Shown here: piece after piece, positions 1 to 11,183 of the stretch
Position numbering within the stretch: the stretch's first letter is position 1
How the letters are laid out: each line of letters opens with the position of its first letter
NCBI GenBank assembly: GCA_977017645.1
Contig: OZ360220.1
Location: 277,388,001 to 277,452,000, forward strand
Source: Torpedo marmorata
Taxonomy: Eukaryota
Reading direction: 5' to 3'
DNA: 64,000 nucleotides
The notes under the pieces: model-generated
What the model saw: only the letters and a program-made list of their open reading frames with translations
Database searches by the model: none
What the model was told of the DNA's origin: nothing
Program-made: the position numbers and the translations under genes

Positions 1-749
1 ATTATACATTTCTGGCAGGGAGCCTCACCCTCCAGCTTTGCATATCAAGTGTATTATTATCAGCACTGAAGCGAAACAATATGAGATTTTGGAGTCTGAA
101 CCACCCTCCGTGTTCTGGCGTATGTTCACCAAGTGAAGCTTCCTGTTTATTTACATTTGGAAAATTCTCCCTGAGGAGATTTATCTTCTGGTTAATTGAT
201 TCCTCACTGTTTAGCTTCAACCTGATACAAGTTGTCCTCTCATGTTGAAAGAGGCAACAACTGATCTACTGTCCATATTCTTTGGTATACATCCTTGTGT
301 GGTTGCCATTACACGTGAACATGAGAATTGAGAAACGGTAAGAGTCCCTTGTATTCAGTAAACTTGAAATTGATATCAACTTATCTATTACCCTTCTCAC
401 CAAGTGCTCATAAAACACCTTGAGTTATCTCTCAGATCCATTCAGTTTGTTTAGGTTAAATAAAGGCAATTGCTGTGTTGCCATTAACTCAGACTAGAGT
501 GGACATAAAATCATAGGTATAAATTGCAGAGCTCAGTACAAGTGTGCAGTCTGAAACTATGGGGTGGTATTCAGAGAATTTACATCTGGCATTGTTGTGG
601 CAAATGCATTATTAATGATCACATTGAGATCACATTTAGAAATCCTTACTAATACCTATGGTATTTTGTTTTTTCAGGTAGTTCTTCCTAAATATATTAA
701 TCATATGCTTCTGAACTTAAAGTCTAGAAGATTATTCAGTTTAGATGGA

Positions 750-997
750 CCTGAATACAGACACAGATACTATTTATTGTCATGTAATAAACAGAAATGT
801 AATGTTACACGAAATTGCCTTTAGTCTGCCATCAAAGTTTTCCATTAGCATTAGCATTGTCCAGCGCCCCTTACAGTCTGAGAAAGAGAAGCAAAAGAGA
901 GACCCCCCAGAGTCACCGAGTGTCTGTGGATTCTCCTCCTGTTCCCGCAGTCTCCACAGCCGCACAAGACTCCAGTTCAGTTCAAACCATCGACAAC
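750..997 (-). mobile_element. Unclassified interspersed repeat 3' end (LINE-tail-like)
   Basis: ATTTATTGTCATG terminus resembles the Rex1 tails at 5950 and 10020; abrupt junction with CR1 at 998. Confidence 0.35.
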
Positions 998-1421
998 CCA
1001 CATCCTTCCTATAATGAGGTGACCAGAACTGAACACAATACTCTAAGTGTGGTCTCACCAGAGGTTTGTAGAGTTGCAACATGACCTCTCTACTCTTAAA
1101 CTCAATCCCTCTATTAATGAAGCCCAGCATCCCATAGGCCTTCTTAACTATCCTATCAACCTGTGCGGTGACCTTGAGGGATGTATGGATTTGGATCCCA
1201 AGATCCCTCTGTTCATCCACACTCTTAAGTATCTGACCATTAACCCTGTACTCAAGCTTCTGGTTTGTCCTTCCAAAATGCATCACCTCTCACTTATCCG
1301 GATTGAACTCCATCGGCCACTTTTCCGCCCAACTCTGCATCCTGTCTATATCCTCTTGTAACCTTCGACAACCTTCAGCTCCATCCACAACTCCTCCAAC
1401 CTTCGTATCATCCGCAAACAT
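998..1421 (-). mobile_element. CR1-clade LINE reverse transcriptase fragment
   Basis: MFADDTKVGGVVD...MEFNPDK*EVMHFGRTN...RDLGIQIH...LYKPLVRPHLEYCVQFWSPHYRKDV; contains an in-frame stop. Confidence 0.9.
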
Positions 1422-1841
1422 AACATTATAGATAATTAAACCCCTCCCCCAAATTTACAGATAAAACCTCTGACTGGGGCCATTATTACTAAGCAGAGAT
1501 AAGGAGACACTTTAAGAGAGTCACCCCAACGGCGAACGGCATCAACCAGCTCTTCATCCTGGGCGACGGCATTGCTGTTTCACACAACTTTATTCAAACA
1601 GCTGCTACGAGCAAAGCACGACCAAGGCACTCCGGTGGCTGAATATTTGCTCCCATCTTCACCAAAGATTTATGTGTTACTTCAGAGAACATTTACTTTT
1701 ACAATTTTTAGACGCGTATTTTACCTACGGTATTATTTTATTCTTATTTATTTTATTTTTCATTTATTTTCATCGATTTTTTTTTTGCCGGTTGATTGAG
1801 GATGCCGGTTGCTTGAATTCCAGATACCAGGGATTTTACTG
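1422..1841. mobile_element. Possible Tc1/pogo (Tigger-like) DNA transposon end fragment
   Basis: Terminal ...TTCCAGATACCAGGGATTTTACTG resembles Tigger-type TIRs (CAGTAAAA.CCC.G.TATC.GGA), with subterminal TGCCGGTTG repeats; no partner TIR seen. Confidence 0.4.
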
Positions 1842-1939
1842 CACTTGACCATTCATAGATCAGTGGTAATATGGAGCCTTCAACAGCATGGAAGAAGGGC
1901 TAAGACAAGAAATGAAAATCAAAAAACTACACATGCAAC

Positions 1940-2390
1940 CTAATATCAAAACAGACCCAAACCTCCGACACAATGAGGAAGCCTTCAGCACCCAGGGCCC
2001 TTCAGGAGCCTCCTTGCCCTCAGCATCCTCTCAAATCCCAGTTCCAATACCTGGTTCTCATGAGCCAGTCTCTAGCAGCCCGCAGCCTGGTGTGAGTCCT
2101 TTAATCTAAAATCACCAGCAGCCCATAGCCTGTGTGGGTTCCTCGTCCACGTCGCCAGCAGCTCGCCACCTGTGTGTGTTCTTCAGCAGCAGATCCCCTC
2201 ATTGGTCTGTCACTGTGGTCACCAGCTCAGGGTCATCTCCTCTGCTTCTCCTTCTTGATGGTGGCTGTTCTCCCCATTACTGGTGCCCTGCGCCAATCGA
2301 CTGCTCCCCTGGATCCTCAACCCCTTGAGGCCGCTACAGAACACAGGCGCCGCCATCTTGGGCCCAGGCCCCGCAGTCATAGGGTTTAAA
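1940..2390. mobile_element. GC-rich unclassified repeat
   Basis: Sharp GC-rich block in an AT-rich intron with CAGCAGC/CAGCC subrepeats; no protein similarity recognised. Confidence 0.3.
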
Positions 2391-2471
2391 GCAATCAATA
2401 AATTATATATAACTGGTAGCAAGTTGATGAAATGGTCGTGCAGTGGTTATGGTACTTAGTTTCTTGATTAC

Positions 2472-2567
2472 TTAGTTTTTTATGCAAATTAATTACCTAC
2501 TATGTTGGAGAATCCATTTTTATTAGTGTTTTATGCAAATTAATTACCTACTATATTGGAGAATCCA
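2472..2567. repeat. Tandem duplication, 51-bp period
   Basis: TTAGT(T/G)TTTTATGCAAATTAATTACCTACTAT(G/A)TTGGAGAATCCA at 2472 and 2523. Confidence 0.9.
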
Positions 2568-2904
2568 AACTACCTCGTTAAATTATTGATCTTTTGGATA
2601 GGCTTGCACCACTACTACTGTAATAATAAACAAATATACTTCAGAAATGACTTCTATTAGTAGACAGGAGTAAATATGTTTCAATGATATTCCTCCACAC
2701 ATTATTTTAATACACATCTTAATCATTTGTTTAACTGAGTTAATGCCATTGAAATACAGGGCAAAGTTTCATACAAATACACTAATTGTTTATCAAATAA
2801 CATGTGACTATAATTCCTATACTCATGTTTACTGTGTAAACACATTTACATTATTTTCAATATATTTAAATAAATAAAATATTTTGGAAATTTATTTTGC
2901 AATA

Positions 2905-3105
2905 GGTACATAGAATTTAGAACAATATAGCATAGAAACTTTAGCCCATGATGTCTGCATTGAAAATGATGACAATTGAATTGTCAAGGCAAAAAAGGAC
3001 ATGCATCTTATGCAGTCAAATAGAATTAGTGTAGATGAGCCAAAAGGTCAGCATGTACTTAATGGGCCAAAGGGCCTATTTCTGCATTGTACAATACAAT
3101 GCCTA
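2905..3105. mobile_element. Degraded CR1 3'-tail remnants in both orientations
   Basis: CATAGAA...TAGCCCATGATGTCTG (minus) and TGGGCCAAAGGGCCTATTTCTG (plus) resemble the CR1 tails elsewhere in this window. Confidence 0.5.
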
Positions 3106-4669
3106 TAAATCTAAACAAGACTATCTTTTATTGAAGTGAAAATTTACTCAAAAATATATTGCTACATTTTTCATAATTGTTAGTAACATAATATTTACAA
3201 TGCCATAAATTCATATATTTTTGTTAAATCACAAAGATAAAATACACTTTTCCTGAGAACTTTTAATGATGATTCAAAAGCAACTCACAATGTGATTGAC
3301 TTTAATGCAATAAGTCTGTTCTGTTTACATGACTGCACCTTGTGCATTCCAAACTCCTGGGAGACATTTTTCATGTGGAATTCAGCTGGGTTGATCATAA
3401 CTTGATCCATTAGAACTTATCTGCATGATGATTTAGAGCACCAGTTTGCTGCCAATCTGTGAAGGCAGGAGAAGCTTGAATGTTCTGCTCTACAGAAAAA
3501 AAAATCTAGGGAGCTTCAAATTAGATATAAATTATAAATAATTTGAATGAACTATGTAAGTTAAAGAATGATCACATTTTGAAAACTAGCAGAGATGAAT
3601 TATGCAGGTTGATTAACTCAGATATTATATTGAGATTGACCAAAGGCAGTGACCAATAGTGTCCATAAAATTCTAAATACTTGGACTGCTCCTCCTTTTT
3701 CTTTTTTAGTACCGTTCATTAATATGGGCTAGCAAGAGGTCAATTTAATAAACAGCAGGTCAAAACATGCACCATCAGTGTATGGATGTTTGTAGAACAG
3801 TAAAATCATAAAATATGTAACCCTGAGGGTGGGTGACTTGAAACAGTATGTGCAGTCAATTTCACAAAAAGCCTTTTTATGCATATAGAAATTATAAAAT
3901 TATTTCAATGTGATATTTCATTTTTAGCATTAAGACTGAAAGTTTACAGATGATTTTGAAATATTATCCTTGTTCTAATGATTGTTTTTTTAAAAATAAA
4001 ACTTATAGTTAAATTGGAATCTTGCTTCTGATGCAATGAAATGAGCATCACTAAATAAATGTATAATTCTTCGGAGATGCTGACTATTATTTTTCATACT
4101 GCTATCTTTAAATTGTCTGTATGTTTTTTTTTAAATAATGCTATTTCCTCAACTTCATATTTAATTTGTTTCATTGTCTGGTAATTTCTGTTAATGTAGC
4201 ACAGAAAACTCCAGAAGCATAAGGGCACTATTAGAAAGTATAAACCTTCTGTTGTATTTTAGTATTTTCATATTTTTGTGATTAATGGCATTTTGCATCA
4301 TCCAAAAATTACAAAATACAAATATTTTCTTTAAATATGATAAAAAAGAGATCGTCTGTGGGACATTTATCATTGACCTCCAAATAATAAATAATAGAAA
4401 TATACAAGGAAATTTTAGAAAAAGTCATATTATTTAAAATAACTAATTAATGTATTTCAAAAGGTACAAATGAGCTTTCAAAAGTGAAACTCAAATTAAG
4501 GTTGTGCAGGAATATTATTTTTCTGGTTTACTGAGATTCATTAAAATTTTTAATTACTCATTGTTGCCTTTTTCAAAATGAAAACTGTTTTATGTAGCAA
4601 GTAATGAATGCCTAAGAATAATTAGAAGCAAGTACTAATATAATTCACATGTTAAATGATGACGAACAT

Positions 4670-4846
4670 CACTATTTTACACTGTGGCTGGTGAGAGTAT
4701 GGAATGGGTTGTGTTTTGTCACAGACCAGCAGCAATAGAAATTCACCAAGACAGTCTTATTGTTTTTCTTTTAAAACAATATATTTATTAATAACTCCTA
4801 ATAACATAACACATTAATTAACTTAACCTCAACTATGCACGAATAT

Positions 4847-4886
<40 letters not shown>

Positions 4887-5700
4887 TACCCAAACCATTA
4901 CAGCTTAGGCACAATTCTGGAAAGTCATTCCAAAGTTCAGTCTTAGAAATCCTGTGTTGAAACGCAGACTATTAAACTGATGCACAGAAGTAATCATGAA
5001 GGAGGTGGGAGAGACTGAGTGACCGGACTGCCGAAAACTCACAAATCCTTGTCGAGTTGCTTGCTGAGAAATATCCTATAAGACGAACAGTTGTCACAAC
5101 TCCCCTTTTCCTTGCGTAGGGGAAACGAAACGTGTGACTTCCACAATGCTTCCAAAAACCCAGGCACGGGTCAGTCAAAGTGTCCTTTCCTTTGGCCACG
5201 GTGTGGTTCAATAATTCCCCTGACAGGGAGAATCAGCCAAATTGTCCATTTCACACAGAGTCACTCCACCTCAGTGTTCATCAGATGGCTGGTGGTCAAT
5301 AATGTCCTGTCTCTTCAGTGTGCCACTCACATGACTCTCTCACCACCTGTGTCCCTGGATAAAGCAACAAATGTTCTTTCTCTTCCTCCAGAGTATCACC
5401 TTTGGGCTCAGTCTGTAATAATTGTTGCCACCAGTCTCTCCACAGCTGTGAATGGTTGCAGCCTGTACTAGCCCTTAAAGTGATATTACACTAAATAAAA
5501 CGGGAGCTCGTAATAGTTGTCAGAGGAGATGGTTTAGGCAGGTACATTTCTAAGGTTTAAGAAAATATATGCATGAATAGGATAGATTTAGAGGGATATT
5601 GACCAAACACAGGCAGGAATGACTGGTATAAGTGGGACATTTTGGTTGGTGTGGGCAAGTTGGGCTGAAGGGCTTGTTTCCACACTGTGTAACTCTATGA
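4670..5700 (+). mobile_element. CR1 LINE 3' end, split by an LTR-like insertion
   Basis: GGTGAGAGTATGGAATGGGTTG resumes as TCAGAGGAGATGG after the insert and ends TTGGGCTGAAGGGCTTGTTTCC...ACTCTATGA. Confidence 0.75.
4712..5515 (-). mobile_element. Probable solo LTR (Gypsy-like), 804 bp, with internal (TG)n
   Basis: Flanked by 4-bp direct repeat GTTG (4708-4711, 5516-5519); termini TGTT...TAATA (decayed TG..CA); AATAAA on minus near 4784. Confidence 0.6.
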
Positions 5701-5939
5701 GCTAATGATCACAAAAGTATATCACAAACAGTTGTTAATGATTGTCTGAATACACAGATTAACTACAGTACATTTCCTTCTAAGTCACTCTCAGGTATCT
5801 TTTTAAAATCAATACATTATTTATCTTATGCAGGTTTAGATTTGCATTAACTATGACTTTCAGTTCAACTCTTCTGAATTCTATGTTATTGATGCATAAC
5901 AATTATTCCGAATGAAGAACTACCAGTAATTATTGTGAC

Positions 5940-6533
5940 ATCAGAATCAGAATTTATTGTCATGAACAAGTCACGAAATTCGGTGTTTTGCGGCAGCATC
6001 ATAATGCAAACATTCATATTATAAACCATCTTACAACAATAAATATTTAAAAAAATAATAGTGCACGAAAAATAAGGCAGTGTGTTTGGTTCATTGATTA
6101 TTCAGGAATCTGATGGCAGCGGGGAAGAAGCTGTCCTTGTGCCGCTGAGTGCTCGTCTTTAGGCTCCTGTACCTTTTTCCCGATAGTAGCAGAGTGAAGA
6201 GGGCATGGCCTGGGTGGTGGGGGTCTTTGAGGATAGAGGCTGCTTTTTTTAAGACACCGCCTCGTGTAGATGTCCTCGATGGAGTGAAGTCTGGTGCCTG
6301 TGATGTCACAGGCCGAGTTAACAACCCTCTGGAGTTTATTCTTGTCCTGAGAGTTGGCGCCTCCATACCAGGCAGTGATGCAACCAGCCAGAATGCTCTC
6401 CACGGTACATCTGTAGAAGTTTACGAGAATCTTCGGTGACATACCGAATCTCCTCAGACACCTCACAAAGTATAGCCGCTGGCGAGCCTTCTTCGTGATT
6501 GCATCAACATAGAGACTCCAGGACTCCAGGATC
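5940..6533 (-). mobile_element. 5'-truncated Rex1/Babar LINE
   Basis: KKARQRLYFVRCLRRFGMS...FYRCTVESILAGCITAWYG, frameshift at a T7 run, then KAASILKDPHHPGHALFTLLLSGKRYRS...DSFFPAAIRFLN; (TTCTGA)n tail. Confidence 0.88.
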
Positions 6534-7313
6534 ATTGTTAGCCAATTGAGTGATCGTATGCAGTTGATTATGGAGGTATTTTATTTGTATCTGGATGTGG
6601 CACAGTATTGGCACAGTAAACCCAGGCATTAACAATTTTGAACTAATAGGTCCCTTGTAGTTTATTTATCGCTCCATGCTTAATAGTCTGTTATTTTTAA
6701 CACTCGTATGTTAAATATTTATTTCTTGAAGCCTAGTTAACCAATAAATATCACTATCTTTTATTTTGATCTTACATATAATCTAATTTAATATCAGAAT
6801 AACTCCTTAGGCCAATATTCTTTCAATGATCCAATCCTATGTTTGTACAAATCTTTTCTTCTGCTTCTGAAATTAAACTGTGCATTTTTAAATGACTCCT
6901 CTACTCGTTTCTAGAGCCAAAAATCAACAACAGCAACCTGTCCCTGGATCTCTTTCAAGACTGCCTTTGAACCAACAATTAACTGTGCGAATGGCTCAGG
7001 GATACCTCTTCTGATTTTCCAAATTTCCTCCATTTACTAGTCCTGCGCCAACTCTAAAATCCTTGCATTCGTAGAGTTGAGATGAAGAGCTCAGTAAATT
7101 TGAGATTTAATCCAACCATTGTATGGCAACATTTGGTATCAAAAAAGCATTACATGTTCACGGCATTTTGTTTTGCAGGCTTATCATTTTGTTTTTAAAC
7201 ATTGGTGTTTAAACATTAATTCTGGCCTGCTAGTTTACTGAATTATCATGTAATCTCTTTCTGATTCGTATTTCTGTAATTGCTGCATTCAGTATCAATA
7301 GATTTTTATTTAA

Positions 7314-7569
7314 TTTTTTTAAATTTAGACGTGCAGCACAGTAACAGGCCCTTTCAGCCCACGAGCCCGTGCTGCCCAATTACACCCAATTAACCTACAC
7401 CCCCAGTACATTTTGAATGGTGGGAGGAAACCGGAGCCCCCGGGGAAAATCCACGCAGACACGGGGAGAATGTATAAACTCCTTACAGACAGCGCAGAAT
7501 TCGTACCCCGGTCCCGATCGCTGGTGCTGTAACGGCGTTGCGCTAACCTCTACGCTAACCGTGCCGCCC
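7314..7569 (-). mobile_element. HE1-like tRNA-derived SINE
   Basis: Starts GGGCGGCACGG with A/B-box-like head, V-domain-like core (GTTTATACATTCTCCCCGTGTCTGCGTGG), CR1-like tail; highly similar to copies at 8369 and 63047. Confidence 0.88.
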
Positions 7570-8149
7570 TAATGTCATGCACTTATTAGTTTTAAGCAAC
7601 ACCTTTCTGTTGTTCCTTTCTTGATATGCTGTGCAATTTTTGTTTCATAATTACCAGTTACATGTGGTCTGTGTTTGGTTCAAAAAAACTATTGGATAAA
7701 CCCTGGTCTGATTAGTGATTGATCATGCAGACGAATTACTGAGAAAACCTGCTTTGATTTTTCAAGCATTGAGCCCATGACATGTACATCCTGTATCACA
7801 CCTGTAAGCAATAGACAGGATCACGTTCTGCTGCTAAGTGACACTTGTTGAGCATTTTGCCAAGCCAGACCTTATGCAGTCCAACATCTGTTCACAAGAA
7901 TTGACGCGCATCACATAGTTTTTTTACAACCTTAATTGATAGGGCAACTTGATTTGTCCCTAACCACACCTCGCACATTGCAACCTACAGATAGTTGACC
8001 TTCAGCCAGAGTTCTGTATTTTAACCTGAGCATCCAATCTGAACAATACCTAGAATGAGAAATATTCCAAAAAAAAACCTGAATATTGTCATGATCAGAA
8101 GCCAGCATTTGCTTCCCCTTCACTCACAGGATATAAATGTCACAGACAG

Positions 8150-8728
8150 TGCCATCATTAATTGCCCATCTCTAATTACCTCTGAACTGAGAAGGCAGTT
8201 TCAGAAACAATAAAACTGGTGGACCTGGAGTGACATTTTGGCCAGGCCTACTAAGAATGGCAGAATTCCTTCCCTGAAGGACATCAGTCAACCAGATAGG
8301 TTCTTATAACAATTTGGGTTTACCTTTACTGCAAGTAGCTTTAATGTATCTCTTGATTTATTTAATTTTTTAAAAATTTAAATTTAGACATACAGCACGG
8401 TAACAGGCCATTTCGGCCCACGAGTCCGTGCTGCCCAATTTAGACCCAATTAACCTACACTCCCGGTACGTTTCGAACGGTGGGAGGAAATTGGAGCCCC
8501 CGGGGAAAACCCACGCAGACACAGGGAGAACGTACAAACTCCTTACAGACAGCGCGGAATTCGAACTCCGGTCCCGATCGCTGGCGCTGTAACGGTGTTG
8601 CGCTAACTGCTATGTTAACCGTGCCGCCCAAATTATTCAAATTTATATTTTGAGCTGCCACTGCTGTAATGAAATTCAAATTCATGGCTCAGTCAATGGT
8701 CCATAACTTTGACCAATAGTCCAGTACC
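8150..8728 (-). mobile_element. Old degraded chondrichthyan SINE-like repeat interrupted by an HE1-like SINE
   Basis: TTAATTGCCCATCTCTAATTACC...GGCAGAATTCCTTCCCTGAAGGACATCAGTCAACCAGAT...TAGTCCAGT resembles a recalled common shark/ray repeat. Confidence 0.5.
8369..8629 (-). mobile_element. HE1-like tRNA-derived SINE
   Basis: Same family as 7314-7569; B-box GAGTTCGAATTCC; (TAAATT)n-like tail. Confidence 0.88.
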
Positions 8729-9989
8729 TGTAAAGGATATCTCTTAGAGGAATACTAATGTTCATTTTTTTTAAATCAGTGCTATTGACAGTTAAATAGT
8801 TGAAGACTTTGGTGACATTAAGCTAAAGAAAAATTAAATTTCAAAATAATCACAAATGCACAAAATGTAGCCAGATTTGCCATCTTGCAAGCAATGCCCT
8901 GAGGCCACTTATATTTGATGACAGTTCCTGTTCTGAACAGCCTAAAGTGCTTAATTTTTCAAAAGAAAATTCAGTGCTCACCTATTGCTGTTGGGGAATG
9001 TACATTCTGATCTCAGTTCTAGCCTTTAAATTACCTTTTAAAATTTCTAAATTCAAAACTTAGTATTTTTTTTAAATCATGACCTATGCTTTTATTTTCA
9101 CCAATATGATGAATTGAAAGTATATAACCAGGGATGTCCTGTGCTATAGAAATAAGGCACAGTAATGCATTATTTTTTTAAATAGTTGAATGTTAATAAA
9201 TGCATAATCAGTTTTCCTATAAATATGATGCTTCATCAGGATTATAGTTGGACCAGGATTTCTGTAAACTACTGATAAAAATACCCAATTTGTTAATCTT
9301 TGTGTCACAGTCTATTTAATCATTCATTGGGCAATTCATAATAAACAAAACAGAAAACAGTTATGAAAATCCTTTGTTTTACACAAAAGTAATTACACTT
9401 TGAAAATGTGCTTCTATCTCCAGATGAAACTTGGCTGTGTCGTGATCAAATTTCACGTGCAAGCACTAAAAGCTGATAATTACAAGCCATTTTATGCTTG
9501 GATCAGGATTTTGTATTTCATGGTTATTCATAGACTAAGAATCTAATAAAGGATGAAAAGAGAATGGTTTGTTCTAATTTAGTTCTGTTTTTGGGTGCAC
9601 CACTGCTTGGAATAGGTACAGGGAGTCAAGAGTAAAACAATTAATGCACAAAAGGGGGCAGTATCAAATGAGTTATCTGGTCTTGTGAAATTGGCAGGCT
9701 GAGATGGGAACTCCACTCATATCTCTCCCCAGCATAGAATGGTAACCCCTTCCAAATTTCAAATCCAAGAATTCTTCAAGGTCGCTCTGGTAATATCCAA
9801 TGACACCATTCATGCAGCTTGTTTTTGCTTGTATTTAGAATCACTTGTATCGAATAAAATGACAACACATGGCTCCATTTTGAGTCTGAATTGGCTTGAT
9901 GTGTTAACATCTTTCAATGTCCTTTAAGTTTTCAGACTTGGCTAAACTGCTGCCAATTATCTACGGGATCTTTCCATCACGAAAATTAT

Positions 9990-10739
9990 CAGATTTCAGA
10001 GGTTTTTTTTTCAGATTTCAGATTTATTGTCAGAGTACATACATGACATCACATACAACTCTGAGATTCTTTTTCTACGGGCGAGGCAGAATTACCACTT
10101 ATTGGAAGTGCAAAAAAAAACTGTACACAGCGTATACATGTTAACAAATAAAGAACTGTAAACAGATAATGAATGTAAACAAACCAACTGTGCAATACAG
10201 AGAGAATTTAAAAAATCAATAAAGTGCACAAGTAAGAATCCTTAAATGAGTCCCTGATTGAGTTTGTTGCTGAGGAGTCTGATGGTGGAGGGGTAGCAGC
10301 TGTTCCTGAACCTGGAGATGCGAGTCTTGTTGCACCTATACCTCTTTCCTGATGGCAGCAGCGAGAACAGAGCGTGTGCTGGGTGGTGTGGATCCTTGAT
10401 GATTGCTGCTGCTCTCCGATGGCAGCGTTCCCTGTAGATGTTCTCGATAGTGGGGAGGGTTTTGCCTGTGATGTCCTGGTCTGTGTCCACTACCTTTTGG
10501 AGGGCTTTACGCTCAGGGGTATTGGTGTCCTCATACCAGACTGTGATGCAGCCGGTCAGCACACTTTCCACGACACATCTATAGAAATTTGCCATGGTTT
10601 CTGGTGTCATACCAAACCTCCGCAAACTCCTGAGGAAGTAGAGGCGCTGACGTGGAGAGGGTGAGCAAATTTAAGTTCTTGGGAGTCACTATCTCAGAGG
10701 ATCTTTCCTGGACCGAACACACACTAAAGGCATCGTGAA
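9990..10739 (-). mobile_element. 5'-truncated Rex1/Babar LINE with inverted 5' segment
   Basis: Minus: QRLYFLRSLRRFGMTPE...IKDPHHPAHALFSLLPSGKRYR...YPSTIRLL with (TCTGAAA)n tail; 10652-10739 reads VERVSKFKFLGVTISEDLSWT on the plus strand. Confidence 0.88.
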
Positions 10740-11031
10740 TATTATGCTTGAGATAAATTTGGTTCTGAGAGCCAACATGTGCTAGTTGTTTAGTAGTCTT
10801 TTAGATTGGATGTATTTTATTCAGGACCGCTATTACTGGATAGATTACAATTAAAAGTACATCTTTGTTCAACAGGAATACTACTAGTAAGTCAAATAGT
10901 ACAGTTCTTTTAATGCCACGTCCTAATATGAATGTTTTTTCCCATTACAAAACAAGATTACCTGTATATTACAGTATCACGTGAACCATGGATATAGTCA
11001 TTAACTGTATTCCCTTTCCGCTCATTTCTAG

Positions 11032-11183
11032 GTACAGAACGGCATGAGCTAACTTCCTGGAAGAGTGTTAATTCTATTTTCAAGTATTTTACTCATGCTT
11101 TAGAGGCACAGCACACTGAAACAAAACCTAAGCCAACAGTGATAACAAGAAGCTCCAACCGAAAGAAAAGTGAAGAATTATGA
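11032..11183 (+). CDS. FAM172A: FAM172A (ARB2A) last coding exon
   Basis: Pyrimidine tract and TTCTAG| acceptor, phase 1; encodes GTERHELTSWKSVNSIFKYFTHALEAQHTETKPKPTVITRSSNRKKSEEL*, matching the recalled human C-terminus (GTDRHELTSWKSFPSIFKFF...TRRSHRIKHEEL); convergent with NR2F1 as in mammals. Confidence 0.9.

Noticed and set aside
6915-7040. Possible extra FAM172A exon after TTCTAG
   Set aside because: No frame resembles FAM172A; the penultimate exon (NCCNWVSS-like) was not found and probably lies upstream of the window
7490-7569. tRNA-like sequences (also near 8550-8629 and 63250-63329)
   Set aside because: These are SINE heads attached to SINE bodies, not tRNA genes
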